64,000 bases of DNA, taken from the IMG/VR virus record IMGVR_UViG_3300045988_062714, positions 36,078 to 100,077 of that record; one strand, 5' to 3'. The notes beneath the pieces were generated by a model, which was not told the DNA's origin, made no database searches, and saw nothing but the letters and a program-made list of their open reading frames with translations. The DNA is from a virus. Below are positions 11,107-22,196 of the stretch, piece after piece (positions within the stretch are counted from its first letter, which is position 1; every line of letters starts with the position of its first letter). The position numbers and the translations under genes are program-made.

Positions 11107-11646
11107 ATTAAGAAATTAAATCTTTAAGTTTAGAGATATACTTACTATTATCCTCAGCTACTTGCTGGTTAAACTCAATTTGAGTTTGGATAGAAGCAAT
11201 CTCATTTTGTTTAACTTTAATGTCTTCAGCTATAGCTGCATTTAGAGCCATAGCCTGGTCATAAGAGGTCTTGAAAATATTCTTTACTTCTGCTAACTGT
11301 TCAGCAAATGATTTTATTTGTTTTTTGCTACCGAAAATACTTGAAATGTTCATAATATTAATTTTTACTTATTTATAAAATTGGTTTCTACTTCCCATTC
11401 GAAAAAGCTAGAGTCTAAGTTCTCATAACTTTTTCTTGGACTATTTGCGTAAATGCCTTTTAACTGTTCAGTCATCATATTTATCATTTCAGCATAGTCC
11501 ATATATCTTCTTATTTTGGCAGCTTTACGAGTCCATTTAGAATTTCTTCCTACAGTATATACCGCTCCATACCTAAGACATCTTCCACATACTCTTGGAT
11601 ATAGGAAGGTATACTTAAGAGCCTTCTTTATTTTTCTGGTATCCTT

Positions 11647-12099
11647 TTATTCTCCATGATACGTGAAGCCATAAGCTGCTCCATATAAATCCCACAAAGT
11701 TTCTTCCTCCAAGTCTCTAGAACTCCACTCTAAATCTGGAAGAGAATATTTTACTATAGCAAAATACAAGTCTACAAATTCCTCCTCAGCATAGTCAAAT
11801 TCATAACACCCAGCTGGTGCACCCCATTCAGCATCTGATTCCCTAACATACTTCTCGTCTATTATTCCTAGTTTTAATAACTCTTTAGTAAATTTTTCTG
11901 GTATCCAATAGTCTGACTGAAAATCTACTCCAACTTCCTTGATAAAATCAAAACCTAGGAGTTTAGTAGTTTCTTTGTATGCTTTGGATATTTCATCTGC
12001 CGAATGATTAGCAACTATATGATAGTCCGTTGTACAGGCATGACCGTCCCCTCCTGGGTCTCCAAGCGTAAATCCAATATTATACTTCATAATTAACAA
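11647..12099 (-). CDS. Hypothetical protein.
   Basis: 150-aa ORF. Confidence 0.4.
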   Translation of the reverse strand: MLIMKYNIGFTLGDPGGDGHACTTDYHIVANHSADEISKAYKETTKLLGFDFIKEVGVDFQSDYWIPEKFTKELLKLGIIDEKYVRESDAEWGAPAGCYEFDYAEEEFVDLYFAIVKYSLPDLEWSSRDLEEETLWDLYGAAYGFTYHGE

Positions 12100-12779
12100 G
12101 TTCCATATTCTGTTTCTTTATAAAACTCAATCTTTTGCCCATATAGTTTCTGTAATTCCTGATTTATTTCAGTAAACACACTATAAGGCATCTTTTTATT
12201 CTGTCTAGCAAAATAGGCAGGATGATACACTTCTATAATTTTGGGACTATTTACAATATATTTCTTAAATGATGATGCTTGATTACCAAATAAGACATAT
12301 ATTATACCTCCATCTCTAGAACTTAGATTGTGAATTAATTTGGCAGTAAAGGATCTCCACATATCAAAGTGTGAGCCAACTCTACCAATTTCACAAGTGA
12401 AAGCAGTGTTAATCATTAAAATACCTTGCGTTGCCCATGATTCTAGAGTATTATCAAATTCTATCCTATTGTGTGGAATTTCGTAATTTATTGCAGCTTC
12501 TTTAACTATCTGTAATGAAGGCGATAGTTTATCTTCTGGGGTGTCCTTTGAGTTGCCAAACAATATTCCAGTAGCCACACCTTGTTGTGGGTACGGGTCT
12601 TGTCCTAAAAATACAACTTTACAATCTTTAAGAGGACACGCTTGAAACGCTCTAAATATGTTTTGAGAAGCAGGACACAGGGTAGTCTTGTCCAGCTTTC
12701 CTATCCATGAGACTACCCTATATAGTTCCTGTGTATCAATTACTCCCATCCAATCTCCAAAATATTCACTAGCTTTCAT
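12093..12779 (-). CDS. ung: Uracil-DNA glycosylase.
   Basis: Water-activating loop motif VVFLGQDPY. Length 228 aa. Confidence 0.55.
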   Translation of the reverse strand: MKASEYFGDWMGVIDTQELYRVVSWIGKLDKTTLCPASQNIFRAFQACPLKDCKVVFLGQDPYPQQGVATGILFGNSKDTPEDKLSPSLQIVKEAAINYEIPHNRIEFDNTLESWATQGILMINTAFTCEIGRVGSHFDMWRSFTAKLIHNLSSRDGGIIYVLFGNQASSFKKYIVNSPKIIEVYHPAYFARQNKKMPYSVFTEINQELQKLYGQKIEFYKETEYGTC

Positions 12780-13759
12780 TCACACCATCCCTTTTTTCTA
12801 AATTCTGCATGTAGAGGTTCTGCCAATTCTCTAGCCTGTGGATGTGCACTTTCTGCATCACGCAATTTAAAGAATCCGTCCCACTGTGTAAGAGTACCAG
12901 TCATAATTAATTCAGTCTTAAGACTATTAGGTAGTACAGCTCTTGCTTGCTGAGGTTTCCAACCCTGATTTAGTAATTCCAAATATAATTGTTCGGATAT
13001 TTGTAAATTAGCTATAAAATTCCTTTCTGGAGTAATCTCCCAAGGTTTAAACCAGGGGTTCCCTTTTCCAGTTAAATGATAGTAGTATTCTCCAATTAAA
13101 TTTCCATACTCATCATGATTAATGATAGTTCCTTTAACTTCTTGGAGAGCTAGGCTGTCTGCCCAACATGGAATAATAAAGGTAAGCTCATTACCAAATT
13201 TGTCCTTGGAATAATTGCAATAACGGGTACTCTCCTGAGCAAAACTAAACACTCTATGCCTTACAAATTCGTGGCTTACTCCTCTATCACATACAAATCG
13301 AACCGTAATTCTTTTCTCATGTTCCTTACCAGGATTACAGATATATTCCAAATCCTCAAGCCAACCATTTTCTACTAATACTCTATAATTAGTAGTAACA
13401 AATCCGTTCCAAGTTCCCTTTTCGGCTTCTCCAGTACTATTAGCTACAGAATAAGGATTGCTGCAATACTTAAAATACTGTTGTCTAGAAGACATCGTTA
13501 GAAATAGATATACGGTACCATGCTCTAACATAGCTCCATGTCCAGACTTTACCATTCTCTCAACAAATTTTGCAGCAGAATCTAGAGTAATCTTGTCCTC
13601 TGATTTGTAACAGGTTCTTCCAGCTATTTCAATCTGTCTATATACAGTGTCAATAAGCTCTTGCCTAGCCATTTTAGGTCCTATTTCCATATCAGATGGA
13701 ATGATTATGTTTCTAGGTTTCTGTTCTAAGATTTCAAAATATGGTTTAATTAGCTTCAT
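12776..13759 (-). CDS. thyX: Flavin-dependent thymidylate synthase ThyX.
   Basis: ThyX signature RHRVFSFAQESTRY (RHRxxSxxQxSxRY). Confidence 0.75.
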   Translation of the reverse strand: MKLIKPYFEILEQKPRNIIIPSDMEIGPKMARQELIDTVYRQIEIAGRTCYKSEDKITLDSAAKFVERMVKSGHGAMLEHGTVYLFLTMSSRQQYFKYCSNPYSVANSTGEAEKGTWNGFVTTNYRVLVENGWLEDLEYICNPGKEHEKRITVRFVCDRGVSHEFVRHRVFSFAQESTRYCNYSKDKFGNELTFIIPCWADSLALQEVKGTIINHDEYGNLIGEYYYHLTGKGNPWFKPWEITPERNFIANLQISEQLYLELLNQGWKPQQARAVLPNSLKTELIMTGTLTQWDGFFKLRDAESAHPQARELAEPLHAEFRKKGWCE

Positions 13760-13918
13760 TGTAATCCTTTGTTAGTTCATCATTAGTGTATTCATCTGCT
13801 TCATAGTCACTCATTGCCTGGTCATACCATGTCCAATTATCAACACCTGCCATTTCTAGACAACGCAACTTCCATCTATCCCTTAATAACTCTGCTAACT
13901 CGTCTTTTCTAATTAACT

Positions 13919-14296
13919 TCATTTCCATAGTCCCAGTTCTATACCTAATGCTTTATCCATGAAGCAATACGTTGTTCCGTCCTTTAATGTCCTGGTATTC
14001 GGCTTTATGTGTAATGCTAAAGGACAATCTTTATTAATTCCTGTAATATCTCCAGTTCTCCAAGGTTCTTTCTCAGATTTTTCTGCGTCGATGCCTATTA
14101 TGAATAAGGCTTCATCCTTATACTTTGCACATTCCTTGCAAGCATGATCAGAATAACCTACAGTTTTTCCATGTAGACTCTTTACCTCTTTTGCAGCTTC
14201 TTCAGAAAGAAGGGAATTCATTATGATTCCCTCCTCTGCTATATTCCCACAAACTGGGCATATATATTTAACTATAGAAGCTTTGAACTTATCCAT
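13919..14296 (-). CDS. Zinc-ribbon protein.
   Basis: CPVCG...CKEC pairs. Confidence 0.4.
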   Translation of the reverse strand: MDKFKASIVKYICPVCGNIAEEGIIMNSLLSEEAAKEVKSLHGKTVGYSDHACKECAKYKDEALFIIGIDAEKSEKEPWRTGDITGINKDCPLALHIKPNTRTLKDGTTYCFMDKALGIELGLWK

Positions 14297-14708
14297 GTTT
14301 ACACCTTTTACAAGGTTTGTAACCTTTCTTCCTTGCTTCAGAAAGCAGTATTTCTTCCACTTTCGGATTTCGAGCTTTCAAAGATGCGCAACCTCTATCC
14401 GTATGATAAACACTACCAGTTTTTGTTATATAAACGTACTCTTCATCATCTATACATCCACCAGTAGGATTTCCGTCTTCATCACAATAAGCACCACTAT
14501 TAGCTAATATAAGTCTGCCATTATCAGCTTCTATTACTTCGTCACCATTTTCTAAATACATATCCTCTACCTTTATTAAAGTTAAACTTTTGATTGAATG
14601 ATAATCATGTCTAATTTCCTGCTCTGCTTCATACTGATTTTCTGCAGAAGTCCAGACATTTTGGTCCATACCGTTAGTATGTTCTATATGATATATAAAC
14701 TTCTTCAT
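14289..14708 (-). CDS. Hypothetical protein with a C-terminal Cys/His cluster.
   Basis: 139-aa ORF. C-terminal HTDRGC...CKRCKHG. Confidence 0.4.
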   Translation of the reverse strand: MKKFIYHIEHTNGMDQNVWTSAENQYEAEQEIRHDYHSIKSLTLIKVEDMYLENGDEVIEADNGRLILANSGAYCDEDGNPTGGCIDDEEYVYITKTGSVYHTDRGCASLKARNPKVEEILLSEARKKGYKPCKRCKHG

Positions 14709-14855
14709 TTAATCCTCCTTAATAAGCTCTACTAAAGTCAGATTTCTAAAAGTCTCTCTGAGAGATTTTCTTGCTTCTTCTTCACTTGGAGCTTCTATTG
14801 TAATCGTTTCAGCACATCTAGTTTTAAATTCTATATAGTATGTATAGGTTTTCAT
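14709..14855 (-). CDS. Small ORF of 48 aa (MKTYTYYIEFKTRCAE...).
   Basis: ATG at 14855. Its TAA abuts the ATG of the downstream gene. Confidence 0.3.
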   Translation of the reverse strand: MKTYTYYIEFKTRCAETITIEAPSEEEARKSLRETFRNLTLVELIKED

Positions 14856-14863
14856 CTTAATAT

Positions 14864-15487
14864 TTATTTCTGGTTATAGTATAAAAGTGTAGGATTATTG
14901 TCATGTATATCTATTGGGTCTAACTGATACAAGGCTAGCTTCTGAGAAAACTGTTGCCTGTCAAACCCGTTAGAAATAAGGTGATATCCATTTACAGTCG
15001 GAATGATGTGTCTAATTCTCTCTCCTTCCGAACCTCTACACTCTTTGATTAGAGAAATTATTTTCTGTTGATACCCATCATCTTTAGAATCTATATCAAC
15101 TATCCATAATTTCTTATAGTTTGTACTTCTGCTAGCACCAGTAGCTCTGTCATATACAGCAATACCTTGTCTAGTATTTTTATTCTTTATTAAGTCAGTA
15201 AACTGCTTAATAGATTCGCAAGCTATATCGAAAGTATTTCTTGGATTTATCCAGAAATAAGCACGAGCGTTATTACTATTACATAGGTCTTTTATGTAAG
15301 GTTCTTGTCTTAGAAATTCTTCCTTGGTAAAGAAATAGAAACTTCTAATAGTTCTAGCGCCAGAAGTATATGATGAGAGTTCTACTCCATCCTTCTTACG
15401 TTGAATTATTTGTACGAAATAGAAATCATCCTTGTCTATTAATTCATCAAACAATTTAGATAAATATTCAAAATTATCTACTATCAT
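14864..15487 (-). CDS. Hypothetical protein.
   Basis: 207-aa ORF. Confidence 0.4.
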   Translation of the reverse strand: MIVDNFEYLSKLFDELIDKDDFYFVQIIQRKKDGVELSSYTSGARTIRSFYFFTKEEFLRQEPYIKDLCNSNNARAYFWINPRNTFDIACESIKQFTDLIKNKNTRQGIAVYDRATGASRSTNYKKLWIVDIDSKDDGYQQKIISLIKECRGSEGERIRHIIPTVNGYHLISNGFDRQQFSQKLALYQLDPIDIHDNNPTLLYYNQK

Positions 15488-15954
15488 TAAAACATTCCTC
15501 CAAATATTCCGTTAAACAATCTATCATTAAAATACTCTGGTACACATTTAGTTATAATAAGTTGTCTAAATGCATCTCCATGTTTTCTTCTTAAATAATC
15601 CTCAAGAGAACATTTTGCCATCAATTCATTATCTTTGTTCTTAACCTTTATTTCTTTATCGTAAAGGATTTCGTTAAATAAAACTACATTGTAGTTAATC
15701 CTATAATTCATTTCTAAGCTCTTCTCTTATTTGTTTTTTGATAAGCTGTCTAGCTTTTCTCTTATTTACACAATCTATCATGATTTCCCCAAATCTTTTG
15801 AAGTATATTTCTCCTCCCCATCCTTTCCATCCTTGAGAGCCATAAGCACGTCTTTTTCTTCGTCTCTCTTTTTTACCTTCATTGTCTAAGTATGGGGAAG
15901 GAAACCTATTTTTTGGGTTATGTGCTACTGGATGATGCTCATCAAATGTTCTGC

Positions 15955-16740
15955 TCATATAAGCTTCTCTATATAGTCTCTCCCTTCTCCAGTAAAGATT
16001 GGAATCTCATCGTCAATATACCAATAACCTCTGAGAGTTTGGTTCATAGTCTGATGATACTTCTTGATACAACAGCTTCCTCTTCTAAACTTAGTAGGAT
16101 AATCATTCCAATTAATTCCCTTCTCTTGGAAAAGTAGTTCTTGAATCTGATTAGTATTTAATCCTTCTAACTGCTTATGAGAAAAGTAAGCTTGCCCAAC
16201 AGATTGAATACTATTTCGTGTAGCGTCTTGCTGTCTCCATAATATACAATTAGTTACCTCTTCCTTGGGGATATTAAAGCATCTTGCATCAAATACCGCA
16301 CCTGATTTAATAGCACGTATGTAGGATTTAGCCAGATTTTCGTCTCCTAATTCACCTTTCCAAGAAAGTTCGTTAACTTGCACTTGGAATTGTCTATTAA
16401 AGATAAAGGTGGCCATAGATGCAGCTACACTACAGATTTTTTGTACTTCGTAATCAAACCAAGCATCTGTAGTAAGTTTTTGGTAGTCTATCAGAACTAG
16501 CGTAATTTCATCAGATTGTGTATATCCCAAGACACATCCCTGAATGTTTTCACACAGATATTTCATAGTTTCCTGCATGGCTTTGGACATACACTCATCA
16601 AAGGGCTTAACAAAACCCTTTGTGAATGTGTGAAATGCTTTTCCATCTAATCGGATGATTACAGGAGTTCTTCTCATAAGTGATGTCTTAGAACGCGCTT
16701 CATAATAAAGCTTCATTCTATCTCCAAATTCGTCTTTCAT
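15955..16740 (-). CDS. Thg1-like protein (tRNA-His guanylyltransferase family 3'-5' nucleotidyltransferase), a likely tRNA 5'-end repair enzyme.
   Basis: RLDGKAFHTF...KPFDE...LGYTQSDEITLVL matches the Thg1/TLP catalytic motifs (RxDGRxFHxF, FExPxD, YxQSDE). Confidence 0.6.
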   Translation of the reverse strand: MKDEFGDRMKLYYEARSKTSLMRRTPVIIRLDGKAFHTFTKGFVKPFDECMSKAMQETMKYLCENIQGCVLGYTQSDEITLVLIDYQKLTTDAWFDYEVQKICSVAASMATFIFNRQFQVQVNELSWKGELGDENLAKSYIRAIKSGAVFDARCFNIPKEEVTNCILWRQQDATRNSIQSVGQAYFSHKQLEGLNTNQIQELLFQEKGINWNDYPTKFRRGSCCIKKYHQTMNQTLRGYWYIDDEIPIFTGEGRDYIEKLI

Positions 16741-17255
16741 TTCTCCTTTCTTATATTAATGTTTCCGTAGTATAAACTACCACTAACTATATACTTGAAG
16801 TCTTTTCCTTCCTTTATGAAAGTTACCCAATAGTCTATATCCCAGCCATTAGTTTCTATGTTAGTATCAGTCCATCCTAACTCCTCTAACACTTCTTTAA
16901 CCAATGCAAACGAGATACAGCCTGCACTAAACTCTTCTGGTTCAGATTCCATAATGTGAAACAGTTGGTCTGAGATATTCCTAAGGTCTTGGGTGATTAT
17001 TTCACCTCTATTAACTAGTTTTGCATTGTCCCAGACAACCTCGTCTTCGTGGTAAATTTCTCTGGTAGCAGACCCATTGTTCTCTTCTGGAGCTAAGTCG
17101 TCAGTACTTTCATAAAGTTGTTCACTATCGTAGCAATCTACCTCTCCGTCCTTTACTTTTTCTATAGCTTCCTCTAATGTTTCGGCTTCTACTTCATAGT
17201 AATACCTATTCCATGTACGAGATAGTACATCCTCGTAGAGATTAAAACTGTTCAT
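16737..17255 (-). CDS. Hypothetical protein.
   Basis: 172-aa ORF. Confidence 0.4.
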   Translation of the reverse strand: MNSFNLYEDVLSRTWNRYYYEVEAETLEEAIEKVKDGEVDCYDSEQLYESTDDLAPEENNGSATREIYHEDEVVWDNAKLVNRGEIITQDLRNISDQLFHIMESEPEEFSAGCISFALVKEVLEELGWTDTNIETNGWDIDYWVTFIKEGKDFKYIVSGSLYYGNINIRKEK

Positions 17256-17794
17256 AACTTATCAATTAAGATTTCTTCGTCTAAATCTTTTCCACTATAG
17301 TCTACAATTTTGAGTATCCAATTCCCTTTAAATCGAGCTTTGCATACTTCCTTAGCTAGAGCTATTACATCTTCTGGAGAATGGAAGGCATTAGTATTGT
17401 CACCAATTTCATATCCACACCACCGTGAATTATCCTCTTCAATTTCTTCACGAGTAACCGGCCGCACTAGTTCGATATGATACATTCCTCCAGCTAGAGG
17501 ATTTTTTTCTTCAGCATCATAGGTTTCTGAACACATAGTCATTGTGTTTGGACTATCTTCCTGACTAAAGCTTATACCTTCTATGTCTAAATTGCCATAG
17601 TAATGAACTGCATTCCAACTAGTTCCTATATAGGTAGTTACGTTTAAAGTAATTCTTCTAGGACGATTATGTTCTCTCCATGGGCCTCTAGTGATAAATC
17701 TAGGAATAGATATATCCAATCCAGCATCATCAGAGATTATCTCTGGATAATCCCTTCTGTCCCAACAATGTTCTACTGCTTTATTTAAATCCAT
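17252..17794 (-). CDS. Hypothetical protein.
   Basis: 180-aa ORF. Confidence 0.4.
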   Translation of the reverse strand: MDLNKAVEHCWDRRDYPEIISDDAGLDISIPRFITRGPWREHNRPRRITLNVTTYIGTSWNAVHYYGNLDIEGISFSQEDSPNTMTMCSETYDAEEKNPLAGGMYHIELVRPVTREEIEEDNSRWCGYEIGDNTNAFHSPEDVIALAKEVCKARFKGNWILKIVDYSGKDLDEEILIDKL

Positions 17795-18730
17795 TTAAAA
17801 CTTTCCGTCATTAGGTTGTAAACAAGTAATGCCTAAGTCTCTCCACATTCTTACACATTTTGTACTATCTTCGAGTACGATAGGGACATAATACTTGTCC
17901 TTTACATATTGCTCGTATAACTTTTTCTTACAGTCTGGTCCTGCTGAATAATCTCCTTTAGGTCGCATAAGAACCATGTCTGGACATAGTAGGTGCGCAT
18001 CAAGCCATTTCTCAGTAGCTACGCGAGATTCCGGAGTATCTTCTCTACCAGTAAGAATGATTAACTCTGCATTGTGGAAATTACAATAAGCTCTTACTAA
18101 GCCAACTATTTCATTAATTGGTTCATCTTTTTCCATACCCTCGGCAGCACCTTCTCCATAGAAGGGACGACCACTAGTATTTAAGCACAACGTAGCATCC
18201 ATATCACATATAATAGCTACTGGCAAATCGGGATTCTGTTGACTTGCCTTAGCCTTCATTGCCATAATATCCTCGTGAATGATAAAGTTTCTATAGCGTC
18301 TCCATGTGTCTTTAATAACCTTTGCTCCTATAGGATTTAGTCGAGATGCGTCTCGACGAATACATTCTTCAACAGGAGTCCAGAAATCTTTAAACTCTAC
18401 TTCATACTTCCATCCATACTCACCTCGTACTCCTCTATTAAATAGATCAACCTCAGATTCTATTTCGGCAACAGTCTTGGGATTTAGGTTCATATTGTCT
18501 ATTACAATATCATACTTACGGGCCATAGAATCAAGCAAGAATCTATCATAAAGACATTTAACTAATTTCTCTCTGCTAGGAATCCAATAATCTCCTAGCA
18601 TATTACGAATATCGTCATTATTAAATCTCACTCTATGTTCTGGGTCTTCGTGACACCATTGTTTAGCCCATGTACTCTTTCCAGAGCCTTGTATTCCTCT
18701 ACATATAATTATTTTTCTTGTTTCCATCAA
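17795..18730 (-). CDS. pnk: Polynucleotide 5'-kinase/3'-phosphatase (T4 Pnk-like).
   Basis: N-terminal P-loop CRGIQGSGKSTWAK. C-terminal HAD motif IICDMDATL (DxDxT). Confidence 0.65.
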   Translation of the reverse strand: MMETRKIIICRGIQGSGKSTWAKQWCHEDPEHRVRFNNDDIRNMLGDYWIPSREKLVKCLYDRFLLDSMARKYDIVIDNMNLNPKTVAEIESEVDLFNRGVRGEYGWKYEVEFKDFWTPVEECIRRDASRLNPIGAKVIKDTWRRYRNFIIHEDIMAMKAKASQQNPDLPVAIICDMDATLCLNTSGRPFYGEGAAEGMEKDEPINEIVGLVRAYCNFHNAELIILTGREDTPESRVATEKWLDAHLLCPDMVLMRPKGDYSAGPDCKKKLYEQYVKDKYYVPIVLEDSTKCVRMWRDLGITCLQPNDGKF

Positions 18731-18996
18731 TATAACATATTTAAAATACCCAACCGTATTTAGTTTCTAAACTATAAAACTTATTCTTATACATAAAGCC
18801 GGATTTACCTTTCTTTATAATTCTTCTACAGAGAAAAGGCATTCCGACTTTACAAGTATTGTTGTTTCTCCAAGCACATAGTAAGTTCTTACCCATGAAG
18901 TCCATAATAACAAAGCTAGAATCCTTACTATTTGGAACCTCTGTACAGTATTTTATCGGAACTCTCCAATAAGACTCATGTACACTTCTATACTTT

Positions 18997-19281
18997 TCAA
19001 ACTTGTTCATATTTAGATAGACGTTCTTCTAGTCTAGTCAATTTCCTTTCTCTTTCCAGAGCAACTTTTTCTTTTCCAAAATAATTAGAAAGCTGTTCGC
19101 ACATAATCATAACATCAGCAATTTCAGTTATAATATCATCCTCTCCAACTCTACCTCTTCTAAACTTACATATAGCATTAGTTAACTCGCTACATTCTTC
19201 TACTACCATAGCGGCTTGAGCAGGAAACCCATAGATTTCCATAGCTCTTCTACATAAATTTTCTGAATCAACCACTAACAA
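18997..19281 (-). CDS. MazG-like nucleotide pyrophosphohydrolase.
   Basis: EECSEL...EIADVMIMCEQL matches the MazG EExxE/ExxD helix pattern. 94 aa. Confidence 0.4.
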   Translation of the reverse strand: MLVVDSENLCRRAMEIYGFPAQAAMVVEECSELTNAICKFRRGRVGEDDIITEIADVMIMCEQLSNYFGKEKVALERERKLTRLEERLSKYEQV

Positions 19282-19477
19282 TTACTTTCATTATATCGTG
19301 ATACAATTTAACTGCCTCTTCCACACTTTCTTTCCTCTCGGCCAACATCTTACAGATATACACTCCTCTACCTGTACTATATCTAATCTGCTTTATCTTT
19401 TCCATATCTCCAGTATATTGTGCTGGAATTGATTCTAAAGCCTCTCTTAGATTACGTTCTGTTATAATATTGTACAT

Positions 19478-20284
19478 TTATTTTTCACTAGTTGGCTTAA
19501 GCCATAAATTAGTGTTCTTAAAAATGTAATCTCTTAAATCAGTGAGTTCAGATAACCACCCTAGAGTTAAAGATGAGTTACACTTAAAGCACTTTGTCAG
19601 TTCTTCCCTTATTCTCTCCTCAGATACTACTGGCATTTTGTCTAAATAGTCATAAGCCTTCATAGCCTGCCACATATCTTCAGATACCCGTAGTCTCTTG
19701 GTAATAGAGAATCTTATGCCTCTGAGAATCCTTAAAGGGTCATCATCAAAGGTTATAATAGGAGGTAATGGAGTCCTAAGAAGTTTCTCCTTAATATCTT
19801 TAAGACCTCCAAAATAATCAATGATTTCTCCAGTATCAGGGTCTTTAGCTAAAGCATTAACAGTAAAATCCCTACGTAATAAATCATCATAGAGATTTCC
19901 TGGCTCAACTATTGGAGTTCTAGTACCTGGAATGTACCCTACCTCCTTACGAGCCATTACAAAATCAGCCACTCCTTGATACTTATAGCCCTCCGGAAAC
20001 CTAGCTCGAATTGTATAGCAGTCTGGAGTTACTAAGAAGATTTCAAACTTTTCTGCTATTAAATGTTCCCATAATAACTGAAACATATCACAGGTAGTCA
20101 AGTTTTCCTTTAAAGCTTCCTCGCATGGAACTGCTACATAATCAATATCCTTATTAGTAAGGCCGAGAAGTTCATCCCGTACCTTACCTCCTACTTCGTA
20201 AAACTTAAACATCTCCATTTTCAAATAATTCTCTAATATCATAGCAGTCAATATAGGGAGTTCCACTTGCAGTTTCTTTTTCAC
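19478..20284 (-). CDS. cca: tRNA nucleotidyltransferase (CCA-adding enzyme) or poly(A) polymerase head-domain protein.
   Basis: GGKVRDELLG followed by a DIDYV (DxD) motif. Confidence 0.6.
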   Translation of the reverse strand: MKKKLQVELPILTAMILENYLKMEMFKFYEVGGKVRDELLGLTNKDIDYVAVPCEEALKENLTTCDMFQLLWEHLIAEKFEIFLVTPDCYTIRARFPEGYKYQGVADFVMARKEVGYIPGTRTPIVEPGNLYDDLLRRDFTVNALAKDPDTGEIIDYFGGLKDIKEKLLRTPLPPIITFDDDPLRILRGIRFSITKRLRVSEDMWQAMKAYDYLDKMPVVSEERIREELTKCFKCNSSLTLGWLSELTDLRDYIFKNTNLWLKPTSEK

Positions 20285-20708
20285 TTGTGAAGAAGTCTAC
20301 AAAGTCCTCCCATGCTCCATCATCCTTTAGAATAAAATCAGCAAGAGGGTATATTGCCATCTCTTCTAACTGCCAGGAGAGATGATACTCTTCAGCAGGA
20401 ACCCATTGGGTAAGATACTCCCCACAGTGGTCAACTACATACTGAATACAATGGTCTAGCCAGTCATTGCCTGCAACCTTACAATGATAATCGTAAAGTA
20501 TTGGATACTTCTCTGCTAAGAATAGTAAGAAGTTTTTATCGGCTTCTCGCGAGAAGTTACAATAGTCAGTAAAAGACTCTCCAGCTTCTCCTTCCCATAT
20601 GCTAATAAGACGTGCTACATCTTTAGCCTTCAAATCCTCTCTATTGTAAAACCTTGTCTTCTCCATAGATTTCTCCGCTATATTCATTCCATTCTTCGTC
20701 ATCTTCAC
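20205..20708 (-). CDS. Hypothetical protein.
   Basis: 167-aa ORF. Confidence 0.35.
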   Translation of the reverse strand: MKMTKNGMNIAEKSMEKTRFYNREDLKAKDVARLISIWEGEAGESFTDYCNFSREADKNFLLFLAEKYPILYDYHCKVAGNDWLDHCIQYVVDHCGEYLTQWVPAEEYHLSWQLEEMAIYPLADFILKDDGAWEDFVDFFTSEKETASGTPYIDCYDIRELFENGDV

Positions 20709-21156
20709 ATTCTTCTATGGAAAAACTATAGTAGGTACTCTCGTCTACTCTACTCCATAATTCATCCCAGTCACTTTCTTCCATTTCATCTGGGTCATAG
20801 CCTTCTTCCTCAGCTATATCGTTCTCACAGCTGTAGCTTTGAAAGTTATCATAAGCTAGTTGTTCGGCTAAATCCCATAACTCCATCTCTGATTCAGCGA
20901 CTGCTCTAAATGTATCATCCATTCCACACCAATATGTAGAAACATGAATTAAAAACCTTTTCATAATTTCTTAACAGTTATTTGGTCGTAAGTTATACCT
21001 TCTATAACTCCATCTAGATAATTATATACCACGTCCATCAGAGTATCTTCTGGTACATCTTCTAAACTAGTATATTCTTCAGATCTACCATCGTTAGCGT
21101 CTATCAATAACGAGCTATCGGAGATATCAAATGTAAATTCTAATTTAAATTTCATG

Positions 21157-21558
21157 TTAACCTACGTTACAACAAATTTGACTGAAGTCAGAAAAGCCTA
21201 AAGATGTCCACGATATGATATACCGTAGAAACTCACAATAATTTTTACTAGTAGTAAGCTCCTCTAGATACTCCTTTAAGAGTATAATCTCCTCAATATA
21301 ATCTGGATTATTGGCAGCATATTTTTCATATAGAGTTAATCTCTCAGCAGAAGATTTTATATCCTCTTCAATACTATGAATAACTCCATCTAAGTCTGAA
21401 GTATTCAAGTTGGTATATACCTCACTTTCTCCAGCCCATGCCACATTAACTTCATCGCAAATTGCACTATATATACAGTGGGACCGACTAAAGCTAACAA
21501 TATCTATAGGCTTACCTTCATTTTTAGGAACACCATATATAGTTAAGTAACTACTCAT
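21157..21558 (-). CDS. Hypothetical protein.
   Basis: 133-aa ORF. Confidence 0.4.
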   Translation of the reverse strand: MSSYLTIYGVPKNEGKPIDIVSFSRSHCIYSAICDEVNVAWAGESEVYTNLNTSDLDGVIHSIEEDIKSSAERLTLYEKYAANNPDYIEEIILLKEYLEELTTSKNYCEFLRYIISWTSLGFSDFSQICCNVG

Positions 21559-21946
21559 ATTTATTCAATTTATTAATTAACATTTTATTATTTTTAATCA
21601 ACTCGCTATTACGAGCGCGAAGTTTTCTATTTTCTCCTTTTAAAGTCTGATTTTGAATGATTAATTCAACATTCTTAACATCATAAAAATCCGTTAATTC
21701 TTTAATGCCTTTCCGAGCTAAAGATGCTTTAAGTCTCCTATTTTCATCTTTCATAGCTATATAGCTCTTAGAATATTTATTTATTCCTCTAAGCTCTTCA
21801 ATTTCATCCTTTAATTTTCCAAGCTCCACTAGAGCATTACTATAGTATTTCTTACGCTCAATATCATACTCTTGAAACTCTTTTATAGCTAATTTTAACT
21901 TAGCAATTATAATATCTTTGGAATCCATCAAATTCTCATTCAGCAT
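21551..21946 (-). CDS. Coiled-coil protein.
   Basis: 131-aa K/E-rich heptad-like sequence. Confidence 0.4.
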   Translation of the reverse strand: MLNENLMDSKDIIIAKLKLAIKEFQEYDIERKKYYSNALVELGKLKDEIEELRGINKYSKSYIAMKDENRRLKASLARKGIKELTDFYDVKNVELIIQNQTLKGENRKLRARNSELIKNNKMLINKLNKYE

Positions 21947-22196
21947 ACTATGTCTAATTAAAACAATACTTACAACTCGCTTACTAATTTAATTACTAAT
22001 TCTTTAAGGTGTTGTAACAATTCTTTCTTAGATTTCTCAGTAATACAAAGACCCATTACGTCAGCTCTGTCTTCTAAGCAATCAATAAAAGAATCTATCT
22101 TAAACTTCCCTTCGTCAAATCGGATGGATTCTCCAAATGCGCTTAGAATCTCTTCATCTGTAATTAATTCTGTTGTTGTAAATTCTACATTCATAA

